Source of the DNA: an uncultured Bdellovibrionales bacterium
GTDB lineage: Bacteria; Pseudomonadota; Alphaproteobacteria; Micavibrionales; GCA-2720935
DNA length: 64,000 nt
Reading direction: 5' to 3'
Assembly: GCA_964351525.1 (NCBI GenBank)
Contig: CAYGOD010000001.1
Location: 78,534 to 142,533, forward strand
Positions 1 to 9,571 of the stretch are shown one piece after another. How positions within the stretch are numbered: the stretch's first letter is position 1; each line of letters starts with the position of its first letter. The position numbers were made by a program, and so were the translations under genes. The notes beneath the pieces are model-generated. The model saw nothing but the letters and a program-made list of their open reading frames with translations. It made no database searches and was not told the origin of the DNA.

Positions 1-315
1 TTGGCTATCCAGTATATGAGCAACCATGAAAATGAACAGCCGGATCTGATTTTTTTAGATTTATTATTTCCAGGGGAAAGTGGTTTTGACTTCATTGACT
101 GGGCGAAATCATCGCCAGCTAATCAAAATACGCCTATTATCGTTTTATCTGGATCTGATAACGAAGAAGATCGCAAGAAAACACAAGCGCGTGAGATATC
201 TCATTTCTTGGCTAAGCCTCTTCGCTATGATCTGCTATCAGGATTGTTAGATCAGCTTAATATCCATTATGAGATTTTAACGGATGATGACGACGAAGAA
301 GATCACGATGAATGA
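1..315 (+). CDS. Response regulator receiver domain protein (5' end cut by window edge)
   Basis: ORF open from the window edge. Receiver hallmarks are present: DLIFLDLLFPGESGFDF (acceptor-Asp context), IIVLSGS, and LAKPL with the conserved Lys. It has an acidic tail, and its stop overlaps the next gene's start (ATGAATGA). Confidence 0.8.
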   Translation: MAIQYMSNHENEQPDLIFLDLLFPGESGFDFIDWAKSSPANQNTPIIVLSGSDNEEDRKKTQAREISHFLAKPLRYDLLSGLLDQLNIHYEILTDDDDEEDHDE

Positions 316-1006
316 GAGTGAAATAACGGAGATTGAGAAAATCAGGAAAGATTACCACGATTTTCTCTATGCTGTGTCTCATGACTTTAATGAGCCACTG
401 CGTCATATAAAAAGTTTCATGACACTGTTTCTTGAAGACACAAAAGACCACGATTTCACCGATGAACAGCATCAATATTTAAAAATTATCCAAGACAAAT
501 CAAACAAAGCGACTGCGATGTTGCAGGCTTTGTTGTCTTTGTCGCGCTTAAATACAAAACCACTTGCAAGAAAAACAGTCAATATATCCGATTTCATTAC
601 AATGATTGTTCAGCAATTTGATCAAGATATAATAGAGCATGATATTAGAGATAGTTCGGATCATGAGATTCTCATTGATACACATGTTATGTTGGTTGCC
701 TTATCGGCGATTATTGACAATGCGGTTAAATTTGGCGGCAATGAAAAAAAGCCTTGTTTAACGATCGAAACAAAAGATAAAGCGTTCCATATCTCCATAA
801 AAGATTATGGGATCGGCGCCAAGAAGGATTATCTCAATAAAATTGTTCTATTATTTCAAAAACTCAATCATGAGAATGATTATAAAGGATTGGGTGTTGG
901 TCTGACATTGGCGCATAAAATCATCGATATGCATGATGGGGACTTACGCTTTGAGAGTGAGCCCGGCGAATATTTCACGGCGCATATCACACTGCCCCTG
1001 CAATAA
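308..1006 (+). CDS. Soluble histidine kinase (HisKA + HATPase_c, no sensor or TM region)
   Basis: H-box FLYAVSHDFNEPLRHI. N/G boxes are present (IIDNAVKFG, DYGIGA, GLGVGL). I prefer the ATG at 308 (MNESE...) over the track start at 284 because it is coupled to the upstream stop. Confidence 0.85.
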   Translation: MNESEITEIEKIRKDYHDFLYAVSHDFNEPLRHIKSFMTLFLEDTKDHDFTDEQHQYLKIIQDKSNKATAMLQALLSLSRLNTKPLARKTVNISDFITMIVQQFDQDIIEHDIRDSSDHEILIDTHVMLVALSAIIDNAVKFGGNEKKPCLTIETKDKAFHISIKDYGIGAKKDYLNKIVLLFQKLNHENDYKGLGVGLTLAHKIIDMHDGDLRFESEPGEYFTAHITLPLQ

Positions 1007-1096
1007 GATCACTATATTAAATTTATGCCTTATCTTGATTATAGCGATAATCATGCTAATTCCTTTCGCGTAATATAACCATACAAGGAGAGGGCG

Positions 1097-1636
1097 ATGA
1101 TGCATTATATATCGATTATTGGCTTTATGTGCTTGTTCTTAATAATGGCGATGCCCTTATCTTACGCCACGGAAGATACTAACGTTGTTATCGTATCAAA
1201 CTATATTGATGCACCAACGGTCATTGGTGAAAAACGCCTGACTTATTTTATCTGGGATGTCTATGATGCGTCTCTTCTCGCGCCAGATGGTATTTTTGAT
1301 GAAACAAAAGAATTTGCCTTGCGCCTAAAATATTTACGTGATGTGAAGGGGACGGACATTACCAAAATATCGCTAGAAGAAATAAAGAAGCAGGGTCTTG
1401 ACGATGGCGTTACACTAGAAAAATGGAAGCAAGAAATGAATGCCATCTTCCCAGATATTAAAAAATCAGATATGATCACGGGTATTCGTGATGTTTCGGG
1501 GCATGCTGTTTTTTACTTGAACGATAAGCGTTTGGGCGCGATTAAAGATAAAGATTTCACCAAGGCGTTTTTTGATATTTGGCTAGGTGAAAAAACCACA
1601 ATGCCCAGTTTACGTCAAAAATTATTAAATTTATAA
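1097..1636 (+). CDS. Chalcone isomerase-like family protein, secreted
   Basis: N-terminal signal peptide (…AMPLSYA). The pattern FIWDVYDASLLAP…ALRLKYLRDV…FFDIWLGEKT recalls bacterial chalcone-isomerase-like proteins. Recognised from memory only. Confidence 0.5.
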   Translation: MMHYISIIGFMCLFLIMAMPLSYATEDTNVVIVSNYIDAPTVIGEKRLTYFIWDVYDASLLAPDGIFDETKEFALRLKYLRDVKGTDITKISLEEIKKQGLDDGVTLEKWKQEMNAIFPDIKKSDMITGIRDVSGHAVFYLNDKRLGAIKDKDFTKAFFDIWLGEKTTMPSLRQKLLNL

Positions 1637-1664
1637 AATATCATGTTTGGATTATACTGACGCT

Positions 1665-2912
1665 ATGCGCCTTTTAGATCTTATAAAATATGGCTTTATT
1701 GCCTTTCCTTTGGCTTTTGTTGGTTTGCCAATTTATTTACATGCTCCTGATTTTTATGCGACCCATGTGGGCTTATCTCTGGGAATTATCGGCGTGTCTC
1801 TGTTGGTGATGCGCCTGGTGGATGCTGTTCAAGATCCTCTTATTGGTTTTTTAAGCGATAAATATCATCGTTATCGCCCGCTTATTGTTATTGGTGGTGC
1901 GGTCATGTTATCAGCGGGTTTATGGATGTTGTTTCATCCAATTGCTTCGGCGGCGCTCATCTGGCTTTGTGTCAGTGTTCTTATCTGCACAACGGGTTTT
2001 AGTATAGTATCGATTAATGTTAATGCGCTGGGGGGCTTGTGGCGGGTTGGTCAAAATGAAGTGACCAAGATCATGGGCACCAGAGAAGGAATAGGGCTGA
2101 TCGGTTTGTTAGCCGCTTCAATTACACCACCGATTTTATTTGAATTTTATGATCATGCTACGGCGTTTCATTTTTTAACACTGGGTTTCATTCCATTGAT
2201 CACTATTTGTGTTTTGTTGTTTTTATCGTGGTTAAAGACCGCGCCCTTACAGGCCGTTATACAAAATAAAGCCTCCTTATCATTCCGCTCAATTTTGCAA
2301 CCGATACATAACAAGATTTTCTTCTCAAGCTTTGGTCTGTCATCAATCGCCAGTGCGATACCAGGTGTATTAATTATCTTCTATGTCCGTGATTATTTGG
2401 GCGCAGAAAGCTATCTTGGTTTATTCTTGCTAATTTACTTTGTCAGCGGTGCGCTGGCAATGCCGTTATGGCACGCAATATCGCGCAAAACATCGGTTAT
2501 TGCGGCATGGCGTTTAAGTATGATTTTGGCGTGCGTTACATTTGTATGGGTTTTCTTTTTAAACCCCCAAGATATCGTTGGTTATGGTCTGGTCTGTTTA
2601 TTCTCTGGCATGGCAGTAGGGGCAAATTTGGCTTTACCGCCAACAATTATTGCCAATATTATACGCCGTGAAGATCATCAAGATGGGGCATCACGTTATT
2701 ATGCGTTAATGGCGCTTATTGCTAAAATGTCTTTAGCCATAGCAACGGGTGTTGCATTACCACTGCTTGATATATTCGGCTACCAAGCGGGCATTTCAAA
2801 TGATAGTTTATTATTACCAACGGCTTATGGCCTAATCCCTATTATCTTTCAGATCATGGCGATTTATACATGTTGGCTTTTGTTAAAAAATGAAAAAGGA
2901 ATGATGACATGA
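1665..2912 (+). CDS. MFS-type transporter (glycoside/cation symporter-like)
   Basis: About 12 predicted hydrophobic helices with an MRLVDAVQDPLIGFLSD motif after TM2. The track start at 1647 is TTG; the ATG at 1665 (MRLLDL…) is more likely. Confidence 0.75.
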   Translation: MRLLDLIKYGFIAFPLAFVGLPIYLHAPDFYATHVGLSLGIIGVSLLVMRLVDAVQDPLIGFLSDKYHRYRPLIVIGGAVMLSAGLWMLFHPIASAALIWLCVSVLICTTGFSIVSINVNALGGLWRVGQNEVTKIMGTREGIGLIGLLAASITPPILFEFYDHATAFHFLTLGFIPLITICVLLFLSWLKTAPLQAVIQNKASLSFRSILQPIHNKIFFSSFGLSSIASAIPGVLIIFYVRDYLGAESYLGLFLLIYFVSGALAMPLWHAISRKTSVIAAWRLSMILACVTFVWVFFLNPQDIVGYGLVCLFSGMAVGANLALPPTIIANIIRREDHQDGASRYYALMALIAKMSLAIATGVALPLLDIFGYQAGISNDSLLLPTAYGLIPIIFQIMAIYTCWLLLKNEKGMMT

Positions 2913-3679
2913 CCGCAAAAACTAAAAAAACATGGATCATTGGTGCCAGTGCAGGCATTGGCGAGGCATTGGCGGAAAAGCTTGCGGCGCGCGGTGAGGT
3001 TTTATGTTTGTCTGCGCGTAATCAAGATGCGCTTGAAGCGTTAAAGGGCAAGATAGATTCAAATAATCAAGTTGGACATTTGGTCAGCCCCTGTGACGTT
3101 GCCGACATAAAGCAAATTCAACATAGTTTTGAGATGTTAAAACAAGAATGGGGACATATTGACCGTGTGATTTTTATGGCGGGTCTCTATAATCCGACAT
3201 CTATCGAAGATATTGCGCTGGACGATATTGATAAAATTCTGCACGTAAACCTTCATGCGCCGTTTTATTTATTGCATACGATACTGCCCACGATGAAAGC
3301 GTACGCGATGGAAACAGGAGGCAAACCGCAAATAGTTTTATGTGCCAGTGTTGCCGGGTATCGCGGCTTACCAAATGCACAACCCTATGGTGCGAGCAAA
3401 GCGGGACTTATTAATATGGCGCAGAGCTTGCGCTGTGAAATGGGTGATCTAATGGATATTAAAGTCATTAATCCGGGTTTTGTTGAAACACGTCTGACCG
3501 ATAAAAATAATTTTGATATGCCGATGAAAATTACCGTTGATCAGGCCGCCACAGCAATCGTAAAAGATTTAGATAAAAATATATTCGAAATAGATTTCCC
3601 CAAAAAATTCACTCTGTTGATGAAACTGGTTTCGGTATTGCCCGACTGGTTATATTTTCGGATGATGAAAAATAAATAG
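2909..3679 (+). CDS. Short-chain dehydrogenase/reductase (SDR)
   Basis: Contains IIGASAGIGEALA (TGxxxGIG-type NAD(P) site), the YGASKAG catalytic Yx3K, and NPGFVET. There is a 4-nt overlap with the upstream MFS gene. Confidence 0.85.
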   Translation: MTAKTKKTWIIGASAGIGEALAEKLAARGEVLCLSARNQDALEALKGKIDSNNQVGHLVSPCDVADIKQIQHSFEMLKQEWGHIDRVIFMAGLYNPTSIEDIALDDIDKILHVNLHAPFYLLHTILPTMKAYAMETGGKPQIVLCASVAGYRGLPNAQPYGASKAGLINMAQSLRCEMGDLMDIKVINPGFVETRLTDKNNFDMPMKITVDQAATAIVKDLDKNIFEIDFPKKFTLLMKLVSVLPDWLYFRMMKNK

Positions 3680-3927
3680 AGCTTATTGTTACTCTTCTTC
3701 TTTAGGGGTGTGAAACAATTTGCATGCATGCCATAAATTTTATGAATATCTTTTTCAGCACTTGACCCAGATAATATAATAACGGGAATACGTTTTAATG
3801 TTGGCTCTTCTTCGTCGTCTCTTGCGACAGAAATATTATTAACCAATTTAGAATGTTTAAATGATTGTTTGACAGGAATGACATCGGTTTGATTATCTTC
3901 CACGAGAAGGGTTTTTACGGGCTTCAC
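3541..3927 (-). pseudogene. Degenerate response-regulator receiver (internal deletion of the phospho-acceptor region, probable 3' frameshift)
   Basis: The N-terminus (LLVEDNQTDV…VARDDEEE) and the distal part (LKRIPVIILSGSSAEKDI…HANCF) resemble a CheY-like receiver. About 35-40 aa including the DLxLLDLxxP acceptor-Asp segment are missing. The reading frame then runs 138 nt into the convergent SDR gene, while another frame stops at 3691-3693. Confidence 0.5.
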
Positions 3928-3932
3928 TTAAT

Positions 3933-6485
3933 CTAAGTCGGTTTAGATTCCCTTGTGCATTGTTCTGGTATGCCTTTAGGAATAGAGAAAAAGAATGTCG
4001 CACCTTTGCCTTCTTCTGATTCAACCCATATGCGTCCACCTCTGTTATTCAATATTTTAATACAAATGGCAAGACCAATGCCTGTTCCAGGATATGTCGC
4101 ACGACGATGTAAACGTTTAAAGGGTTCGAAAATCTTTTGGTGATATTCTTTTTTAATGCCAATACCGTTATCTTTGATCGAGAATATCCATGCTTCTGGG
4201 CTGTCTTTGACATCAATATCAATAATTGGTTTAACATCTGCTTCTTGGTACTTCAAAGCATTGCCAATAAAGTTTTGGAAGACACGCATCATACGGATAG
4301 CATTCCCTGGTATGATGGGCATTTTACCAATATTAATGACGGCTTTCTTGCGGTCAATTATTTCTTGTAAATTATCAATGGCAAGGCCGATCGTCGCGTT
4401 AATATCAACATCTTCTAAATGTTCTTCTTCATCGCCCGCGCGCGAATATTCCAATAGATCATCAACAAGAACTTTCATTTGATTTGCGCCCTTGACGCAA
4501 TATCCGAGGAACTCTTGTGCTTCGCCATCTAGGCTTGATAGGTGATTACGTTCAAGTAATTCCGCAAAGCTAACAACCGTGCGCAATGGTTCTTGCATAT
4601 CATGGGCGGCTACATAGGCAAAGCGCTCAAGCTCTGTGTTAGAACGCATCAGTTCTTCTTCAAACTTTTTACGCTCTGTTATATCCATTATAATTGCCAC
4701 ATAAACATCCTTGCCTTGAAAGAATGATTTTTGCAAATGAATTTCAACATCATAAAGGCTTTTATCTTTACGTTGATGTGCAGTTTCAAAAATTATTTTT
4801 TTCTCGGCACCATTATTGAGCGGAGCCACAATTTCTTGATAAGATTCTTTTGTATAATCAGGCTTGATATCAATCGGAGTCATTTTTAATAACTCTTCTT
4901 TGCTGTAGCCGATATTGTTCATTGCACCGCTATTAACATGGACAAAAAGATATGTTTTGGCATCAAAAATGAAAACCTCATTCAACGAGTCTTCGATGAT
5001 GCGCCCCATGTTTTTTAGATCTTCTGTTGCTTCTAAAAAATCCGTAAGATCACGTGACGTCCCAAGGATATAGGGCTCATCATCTAAGCCCTCAAAGCGT
5101 GTCTTTTTTGTTAATACGGTTCGTACCTTGCCATCGGGGAATGTGATGCGTTCCTCAACTTCCGAGAATCCCTTTTTAAAAGCGATCTTGTCTTGCTTTA
5201 AAAAGGCGTCCACTTCGTTTTTTGGGTATTCTTCTAATGTTGTATAGCCAATAATGTGGTCACGTTTTTCAGGCGGATATAGTTCTAGAAACGCATCATT
5301 GGCTTGAATAATTTTAAAGTCTTTGTCTTTAACAAAAACAAAATCAGGAATGGTCTTTAGAATGAGATCCTGAAAATTAAGCGCTTCTTCTATTTTTTTC
5401 TTATTTTTTTCTAATTCCGATGTTTGTTCTTTAACGGTTTTTTGAATAGCAGCCTTGCGACTTATGAGCTGAAAAACGATAACGGCGATGAAAAGGGTGA
5501 ACAAAAAACTAGACCAAAAAATAAGGCTCGAAATAGAAGAACTTTCTTTATTATAAAGCCAGGCCGTGTCAGGAATTAGATTGATTTGCCATTGACGACC
5601 AGAGACGGTTATAAAATCTTTATATTGGAAGTCTTTATCAGTGGCTCTATCCGCGTTTTTATTAATAATATTGATTATATTGTTGGGGTCTGTGACGTCA
5701 TCAATGCGAATATAGTTATCGTGTAATTCATTATATGTTTCGTTTAATGCATGGTTTATTACATCATAAATGTTTAAAGTCATTAGAACAAAACCGCTGA
5801 TATTATTTATTGTCTTTTTTACATCAGTATTTGTGGCGGACGTTATATTTTTGTACACAGGTGCGAAAAACAAAACATGCTTATTTTGCATGTCATCATT
5901 TAGAAGTGTTACGGGCGGCGTAGCAATTTCTTTCTTCAGCTCTGATGATTTTATCAAAGCGTCCAATTTTATTTTACTCGATCCTAGATCATAGCCAATT
6001 TTATCTCGGTTCCCTTTCATGGGTTCCACATAAAAAATAGGGTAATAAAAATCTCTATCACTTTGTACAGGGACAATATCATTATTATAATAAGTCTCTG
6101 TTATCTCAAAGTCTGAAATGCCTTGTTGCAAGGCTGTATTTTTTAACGTCTCAAGCTTGTCTTTTGGGACTTTCAGAACCCATTCTAAGGTTTTTATATC
6201 GGTGTGGTTTTCAAGGAGTGGGGCTGTAAATGATTTGAACTCTTCTCTATCAACATAGGTAGACGAATTGTAAAAGGCTTTTAATGAGCGTAGAACGTCG
6301 ATGTTTGTCTCTACTTCTTGACTGATTAAAAGAATGCGGGCTTCCGCATCTGCCAAAATAGCCTGTTTGATTTTACTCTGTTCAATATTTTGAAAAATAT
6401 GAGACAAAAATAGCGCAACACCAAGCCCCAAGAGGAGGATACAAATCGGAAGCGTTTTACTGTTGTTCAGAAGGTTTTTAATCAT
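3933..6485 (-). CDS. Hybrid-architecture sensor histidine kinase: CHASE - TM - PAS x2 - HisKA - HATPase_c
   Basis: N-terminal TM helix, then a periplasmic segment with a CHASE-like signature (YYPIFYVEPMKGNRDKIGYDLGS), then a second TM. Two PAS-like blocks follow. H-box YVAAHDMQEPLRTV. ATPase boxes GNALKY, DNGIGI and GTGIGLA. Confidence 0.85.
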   Translation of the reverse strand: MIKNLLNNSKTLPICILLLGLGVALFLSHIFQNIEQSKIKQAILADAEARILLISQEVETNIDVLRSLKAFYNSSTYVDREEFKSFTAPLLENHTDIKTLEWVLKVPKDKLETLKNTALQQGISDFEITETYYNNDIVPVQSDRDFYYPIFYVEPMKGNRDKIGYDLGSSKIKLDALIKSSELKKEIATPPVTLLNDDMQNKHVLFFAPVYKNITSATNTDVKKTINNISGFVLMTLNIYDVINHALNETYNELHDNYIRIDDVTDPNNIINIINKNADRATDKDFQYKDFITVSGRQWQINLIPDTAWLYNKESSSISSLIFWSSFLFTLFIAVIVFQLISRKAAIQKTVKEQTSELEKNKKKIEEALNFQDLILKTIPDFVFVKDKDFKIIQANDAFLELYPPEKRDHIIGYTTLEEYPKNEVDAFLKQDKIAFKKGFSEVEERITFPDGKVRTVLTKKTRFEGLDDEPYILGTSRDLTDFLEATEDLKNMGRIIEDSLNEVFIFDAKTYLFVHVNSGAMNNIGYSKEELLKMTPIDIKPDYTKESYQEIVAPLNNGAEKKIIFETAHQRKDKSLYDVEIHLQKSFFQGKDVYVAIIMDITERKKFEEELMRSNTELERFAYVAAHDMQEPLRTVVSFAELLERNHLSSLDGEAQEFLGYCVKGANQMKVLVDDLLEYSRAGDEEEHLEDVDINATIGLAIDNLQEIIDRKKAVINIGKMPIIPGNAIRMMRVFQNFIGNALKYQEADVKPIIDIDVKDSPEAWIFSIKDNGIGIKKEYHQKIFEPFKRLHRRATYPGTGIGLAICIKILNNRGGRIWVESEEGKGATFFFSIPKGIPEQCTRESKPT

Positions 6486-6671
6486 GTTATTTCTTGGAAT
6501 AATTTATTGAAGGATATGATAATCATCGTTGCTAGGAAAGTCTGCGCAATATCAACTTATTATGACTGATATTTGTTAAGATTTCACTATAATATATGCA
6601 TCATTTATGATGATGTTTTTTTTGGTGATAATGCTGTTGCATTAAAGTGCATATATGCTAAATTCGATTTT

Positions 6672-7067
6672 ATGTTGAAACGTCACCTAGATATCTACAC
6701 AAATGCCATCCATGCGATGGTATTATTGGCATGGTTTTTTAGTGCGCTTATTCCGGCAGGCTATATGCCGTCTTTTAAAACAGACAATCAAAGTTTTGCT
6801 AGTTTTGACATTGTTATCTGTACGGCTTATGGCTTACAGACAATTACGTCGGATGCCCTTGATCGCTCTGATCAGGATCATAAAGAACAGACAAAAGACA
6901 CACGCTGTGATTTTGTAAAAACAGCATCACAGACCGCTTCTGTGACCCTCTTTAGTCATGATGTAATCGCCTATGGTTATAACTTTGATCAAATCACCTT
7001 AAGTCAATTCATCCCCACTATTTCCAAAGATTGGTCTGCTCAAGGGCCACCCTCTAAGGGCGTTTAA
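6672..7067 (+). CDS. DUF2946-like small membrane protein
   Basis: N-terminal helix ending in LIPAGYMP, followed by IVICTAYG, as remembered for DUF2946. The ATG at 6672 is preferred over the TTG-extended track ORF at 6573. Confidence 0.4.
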   Translation: MLKRHLDIYTNAIHAMVLLAWFFSALIPAGYMPSFKTDNQSFASFDIVICTAYGLQTITSDALDRSDQDHKEQTKDTRCDFVKTASQTASVTLFSHDVIAYGYNFDQITLSQFIPTISKDWSAQGPPSKGV

Positions 7068-7128
7068 AGCGCCTCTATATTAATTTACATTTTTACATTT
7101 TTAATATTTTTTCTAAGAGGGAAAAATC

Positions 7129-8184
7129 ATGCTTACATTTTTAACAAAAAAACTACAAAAAACCGCCATCATGACATCATGTTTGGTGGCTCTGCCGATT
7201 GCTACGGCAAATTACGCTATGGCTGATGGATATTCGTCTGCCGATACACACGCCCCGATTGGTGTGATGGGTGATCATGCCCATAAAACGGGGGAATTCA
7301 TGTTCTCTTATCGTTACATGAAAATGGAGATGAACGATAATTATAGTGGGGACAGTAAGGTCACAAATGCTCAAGTGCTGAATGACTTTATGGTTACCCC
7401 AACGGATATGACCATGGAGATGCATATGTTCGGCGGTATGTATGGTGTTAGTGATGATCTAACCGTTATGGCTATGGTGCCGTACATCGATAAATCAATG
7501 AATCATTTAACCCGTATGGGCGGCACTTTTCGTACCACGGCCAAGGGCTTCGGCGATGTTAAGTTAGGCGGTCTTTATACGCTTTATCAAGACGGTGCGC
7601 ATAACCATGAGGGGCGTTCGGAAACCAAAACGTTACTCCTTAATATGGGCCTTAGTCTTCCAACCGGCAGTATTGACGAACGCGGTACAACGCCAGCGGG
7701 CACAGATCAAAGATTGCCCTATGCCATGCAATTAGGTTCGGGAACGGTTGATCCGACAATCGGGCTAACGTATACAGAGGCCAAGGCCGATTTCTCGTGG
7801 GGCGCACAGGCTTTAACAACGGTGCGTTTTGGTAAAAATGACGAGGGATATCGTTTGGGTAATGAGTATCAAATGACGGGGTGGCTTGCGAAACCTCTCA
7901 GTGATGCTTTTAGTATCTCTGCACGTTTAGATGGTAAGGCTTGGAAAGATATCAAGGGTGCAGACGGCCAGTTAAACCAAGCGGTTATTGCAACGGCACG
8001 TCCTGATTTACGCGGGGGATATCGTGTCAATGCGAACTTGGGCGTTAATTATCTTCACCTTGACGGTCCAATGAAGGGGCATAGATTGGCGGCTGAATTT
8101 GGCATGCCCGTTTATCAAAATCTTGATGGTCCGCAGTTAGGCACAGATTACAACTTCACGCTGGGTTGGCAATATGCATTTTAA
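7129..8184 (+). CDS. Outer-membrane beta-barrel protein (MetA-pathway/'transporter' family-like)
   Basis: Signal peptide (…ATANYAMA), alternating beta-strand pattern, and a C-terminal aromatic residue (…GWQYAF). The HAPIGVMGDHAHKTGEFMFSYRYM motif is recalled from this family. Confidence 0.5.
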   Translation: MLTFLTKKLQKTAIMTSCLVALPIATANYAMADGYSSADTHAPIGVMGDHAHKTGEFMFSYRYMKMEMNDNYSGDSKVTNAQVLNDFMVTPTDMTMEMHMFGGMYGVSDDLTVMAMVPYIDKSMNHLTRMGGTFRTTAKGFGDVKLGGLYTLYQDGAHNHEGRSETKTLLLNMGLSLPTGSIDERGTTPAGTDQRLPYAMQLGSGTVDPTIGLTYTEAKADFSWGAQALTTVRFGKNDEGYRLGNEYQMTGWLAKPLSDAFSISARLDGKAWKDIKGADGQLNQAVIATARPDLRGGYRVNANLGVNYLHLDGPMKGHRLAAEFGMPVYQNLDGPQLGTDYNFTLGWQYAF

Positions 8185-8208
8185 TCCGATGAATAAGACG
8201 TAACACAA

Positions 8209-8238
8209 AGCCCCTATTGTCACGATAGGGGCTTTTTA
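8209..8238 (+). terminator. Rho-independent terminator after the OM barrel gene
   Basis: AGCCCCTAT-tgtcacg-ATAGGGGCT followed by TTTTTATTT. Confidence 0.75.
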
Positions 8239-8295
8239 TTTGATAAATTCTATTGCGGCGCGTTCATCAAACGTCTATAAAATAATTGATTATGC

Positions 8296-8383
8296 GGGGA
8301 GGTGGCTGAGTGGTTTAAGGCGCACGCCTGGAAAGCGTGTGGGGTGCAAGCCCTCGAGAGTTCGAATCTCTTCCTCTCCGCCA
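8296..8383 (+). tRNA. tRNA-Ser (anticodon GGA), long variable arm, encoded CCA
   Basis: Acceptor stem GGGGAGG/CCTCTCC (one G-U pair). D-arm GCTGAGTGGTTTAAGGC. Anticodon stem-loop CACGC-CTGGAAA-GCGTG. There is a long variable arm, a T-arm GAGAGTTCGAATCTCTT, and a terminal GCCA. Confidence 0.9.
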
Positions 8384-8421
8384 TTATCTTTTATCCATTA
8401 AAATCAATGGTTTGACAGTGC

Positions 8422-8444
8422 AAAAAGCCCGCTAAAACGGGGCT
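8422..8444 (-). terminator. Weak intrinsic terminator for the 8559-9518 gene
   Basis: On the minus strand, AGCCCC-g-TTTTAG-c-GGGCT is followed by TTTTT. The stem is only 5-6 bp. Confidence 0.35.
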
Positions 8445-8558
8445 TTCGGGGGGGGATTCGAACCTCGAATATTAGGCTAATCGTCGATAGTTGCCCTTTT
8501 CTGAGAGAATAGGCTTTTTCTCTCTGTTTGCGCATTTCGGCAGTGTCATTGAATAGCT

Positions 8559-9518
8559 TTATTCCCAATGAGTAATACTCATTTTATTTGGAACTGCAAC
8601 ATGAAATGATCTCGTAGCGCCGTCGCCAGCATATCCTAGTTGCCAGCCATCAAACTTGCCATCTTCACTTTTTGACCATTTTTTTTGTATAGAGCCATAA
8701 ATACCTGAATTTGAATCCTTGATCATCTCCTCATCCATCTCAATATTCCATTTAGTGCTTTTAAATGGGTGATCTTCATCAAATGTATAGAGTGGAAGAC
8801 GAGTTAGTTTAATTGCTGTATCTCTAAAGATCTTGGTACATGGTATAATATCGTTGTTTTGGTTTACTGCATCTATGCTTTCAAGATAATTTGACAGTTC
8901 TATTGAAGATAGTGATATATATGTCAAAATTTCCCATAGAATTGATGTAATAGAAATTATCTTTTTACCATTACTATGAAGTATATGATGCGGTGCAGCT
9001 TGCCCGTTTTTATAACCTTCAACAAAAAAGCCTAATAAGAAGATGGTGGCCCCATCATGATGAAAATCTGTTTCAAATAGTCTTATGCGCCCATGATTAT
9101 GTTTTATTGTGTTGGTGTAGTTTGATATTTCATCTCTTAATGGTTTAAGGTTCCTTTTTAAAGAACGCAAACTTTTATCTTTTGATGCAGAGAAATTATT
9201 TTTAAAAAATGTTTTGGCCACAGTTTCTATATCATCATTATGCTCTGCTGCTGCGTATAAAGAAAGCTCCAAATAGTCAATAATCTCATCTTTTATAGCT
9301 TGATCTTTTGGCGTATCAATCCAGTGCTGTTCTAACTTATCTGCACATTTTTTTACCTTATCACAAATACGAGATAATGAGAGGTTATACACTCCGAGAG
9401 GATGACGCAGATCTCTTATTTCATGGTAAGATGCCATGGCTTTTAAGCTAGCTAAAGCCTTAATTGCTGGCAAACAATTTCCAGTATCCTCAGGATCAAT
9501 TTTTATTTCGGGTTTCAT
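8559..9518 (-). CDS. Hypothetical protein (no recognisable domain), first gene of the accessory region
   Basis: A 319-aa ORF with a terminator downstream. No motif recognised. Confidence 0.5.
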   Translation of the reverse strand: MKPEIKIDPEDTGNCLPAIKALASLKAMASYHEIRDLRHPLGVYNLSLSRICDKVKKCADKLEQHWIDTPKDQAIKDEIIDYLELSLYAAAEHNDDIETVAKTFFKNNFSASKDKSLRSLKRNLKPLRDEISNYTNTIKHNHGRIRLFETDFHHDGATIFLLGFFVEGYKNGQAAPHHILHSNGKKIISITSILWEILTYISLSSIELSNYLESIDAVNQNNDIIPCTKIFRDTAIKLTRLPLYTFDEDHPFKSTKWNIEMDEEMIKDSNSGIYGSIQKKWSKSEDGKFDGWQLGYAGDGATRSFHVAVPNKMSITHWE

Positions 9519-9571
9519 TATTTAAGGTTCTTTTAAAATTCATATAATATTTAAGAGTAACCTGCCTCGTA

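Noticed and set aside
6573-6671. TTG-initiated N-terminal extension of the DUF2946-like ORF
   Set aside because: The extension has no SD and does not look like protein. The internal ATG at 6672 precedes the predicted TM helix.
8449-8472. GGGGGGATTCGAACCTCGAAT, which resembles the reverse complement of a tRNA T-arm (possible tRNA fragment or att remnant)
   Set aside because: The putative T-stem halves are not complementary, and no acceptor or anticodon arms can be built. It does not duplicate the tRNA-Ser 3' end.
8505-8520. Possible island direct repeat: GAGAATAGGCTTTTTC (8505-8520) versus TAAATAGGGCTTTTTGT (27954-27970)
   Set aside because: There are only about 12 matching positions of A/T-rich, terminator-like sequence. 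That is too weak to call att sites without comparative data.
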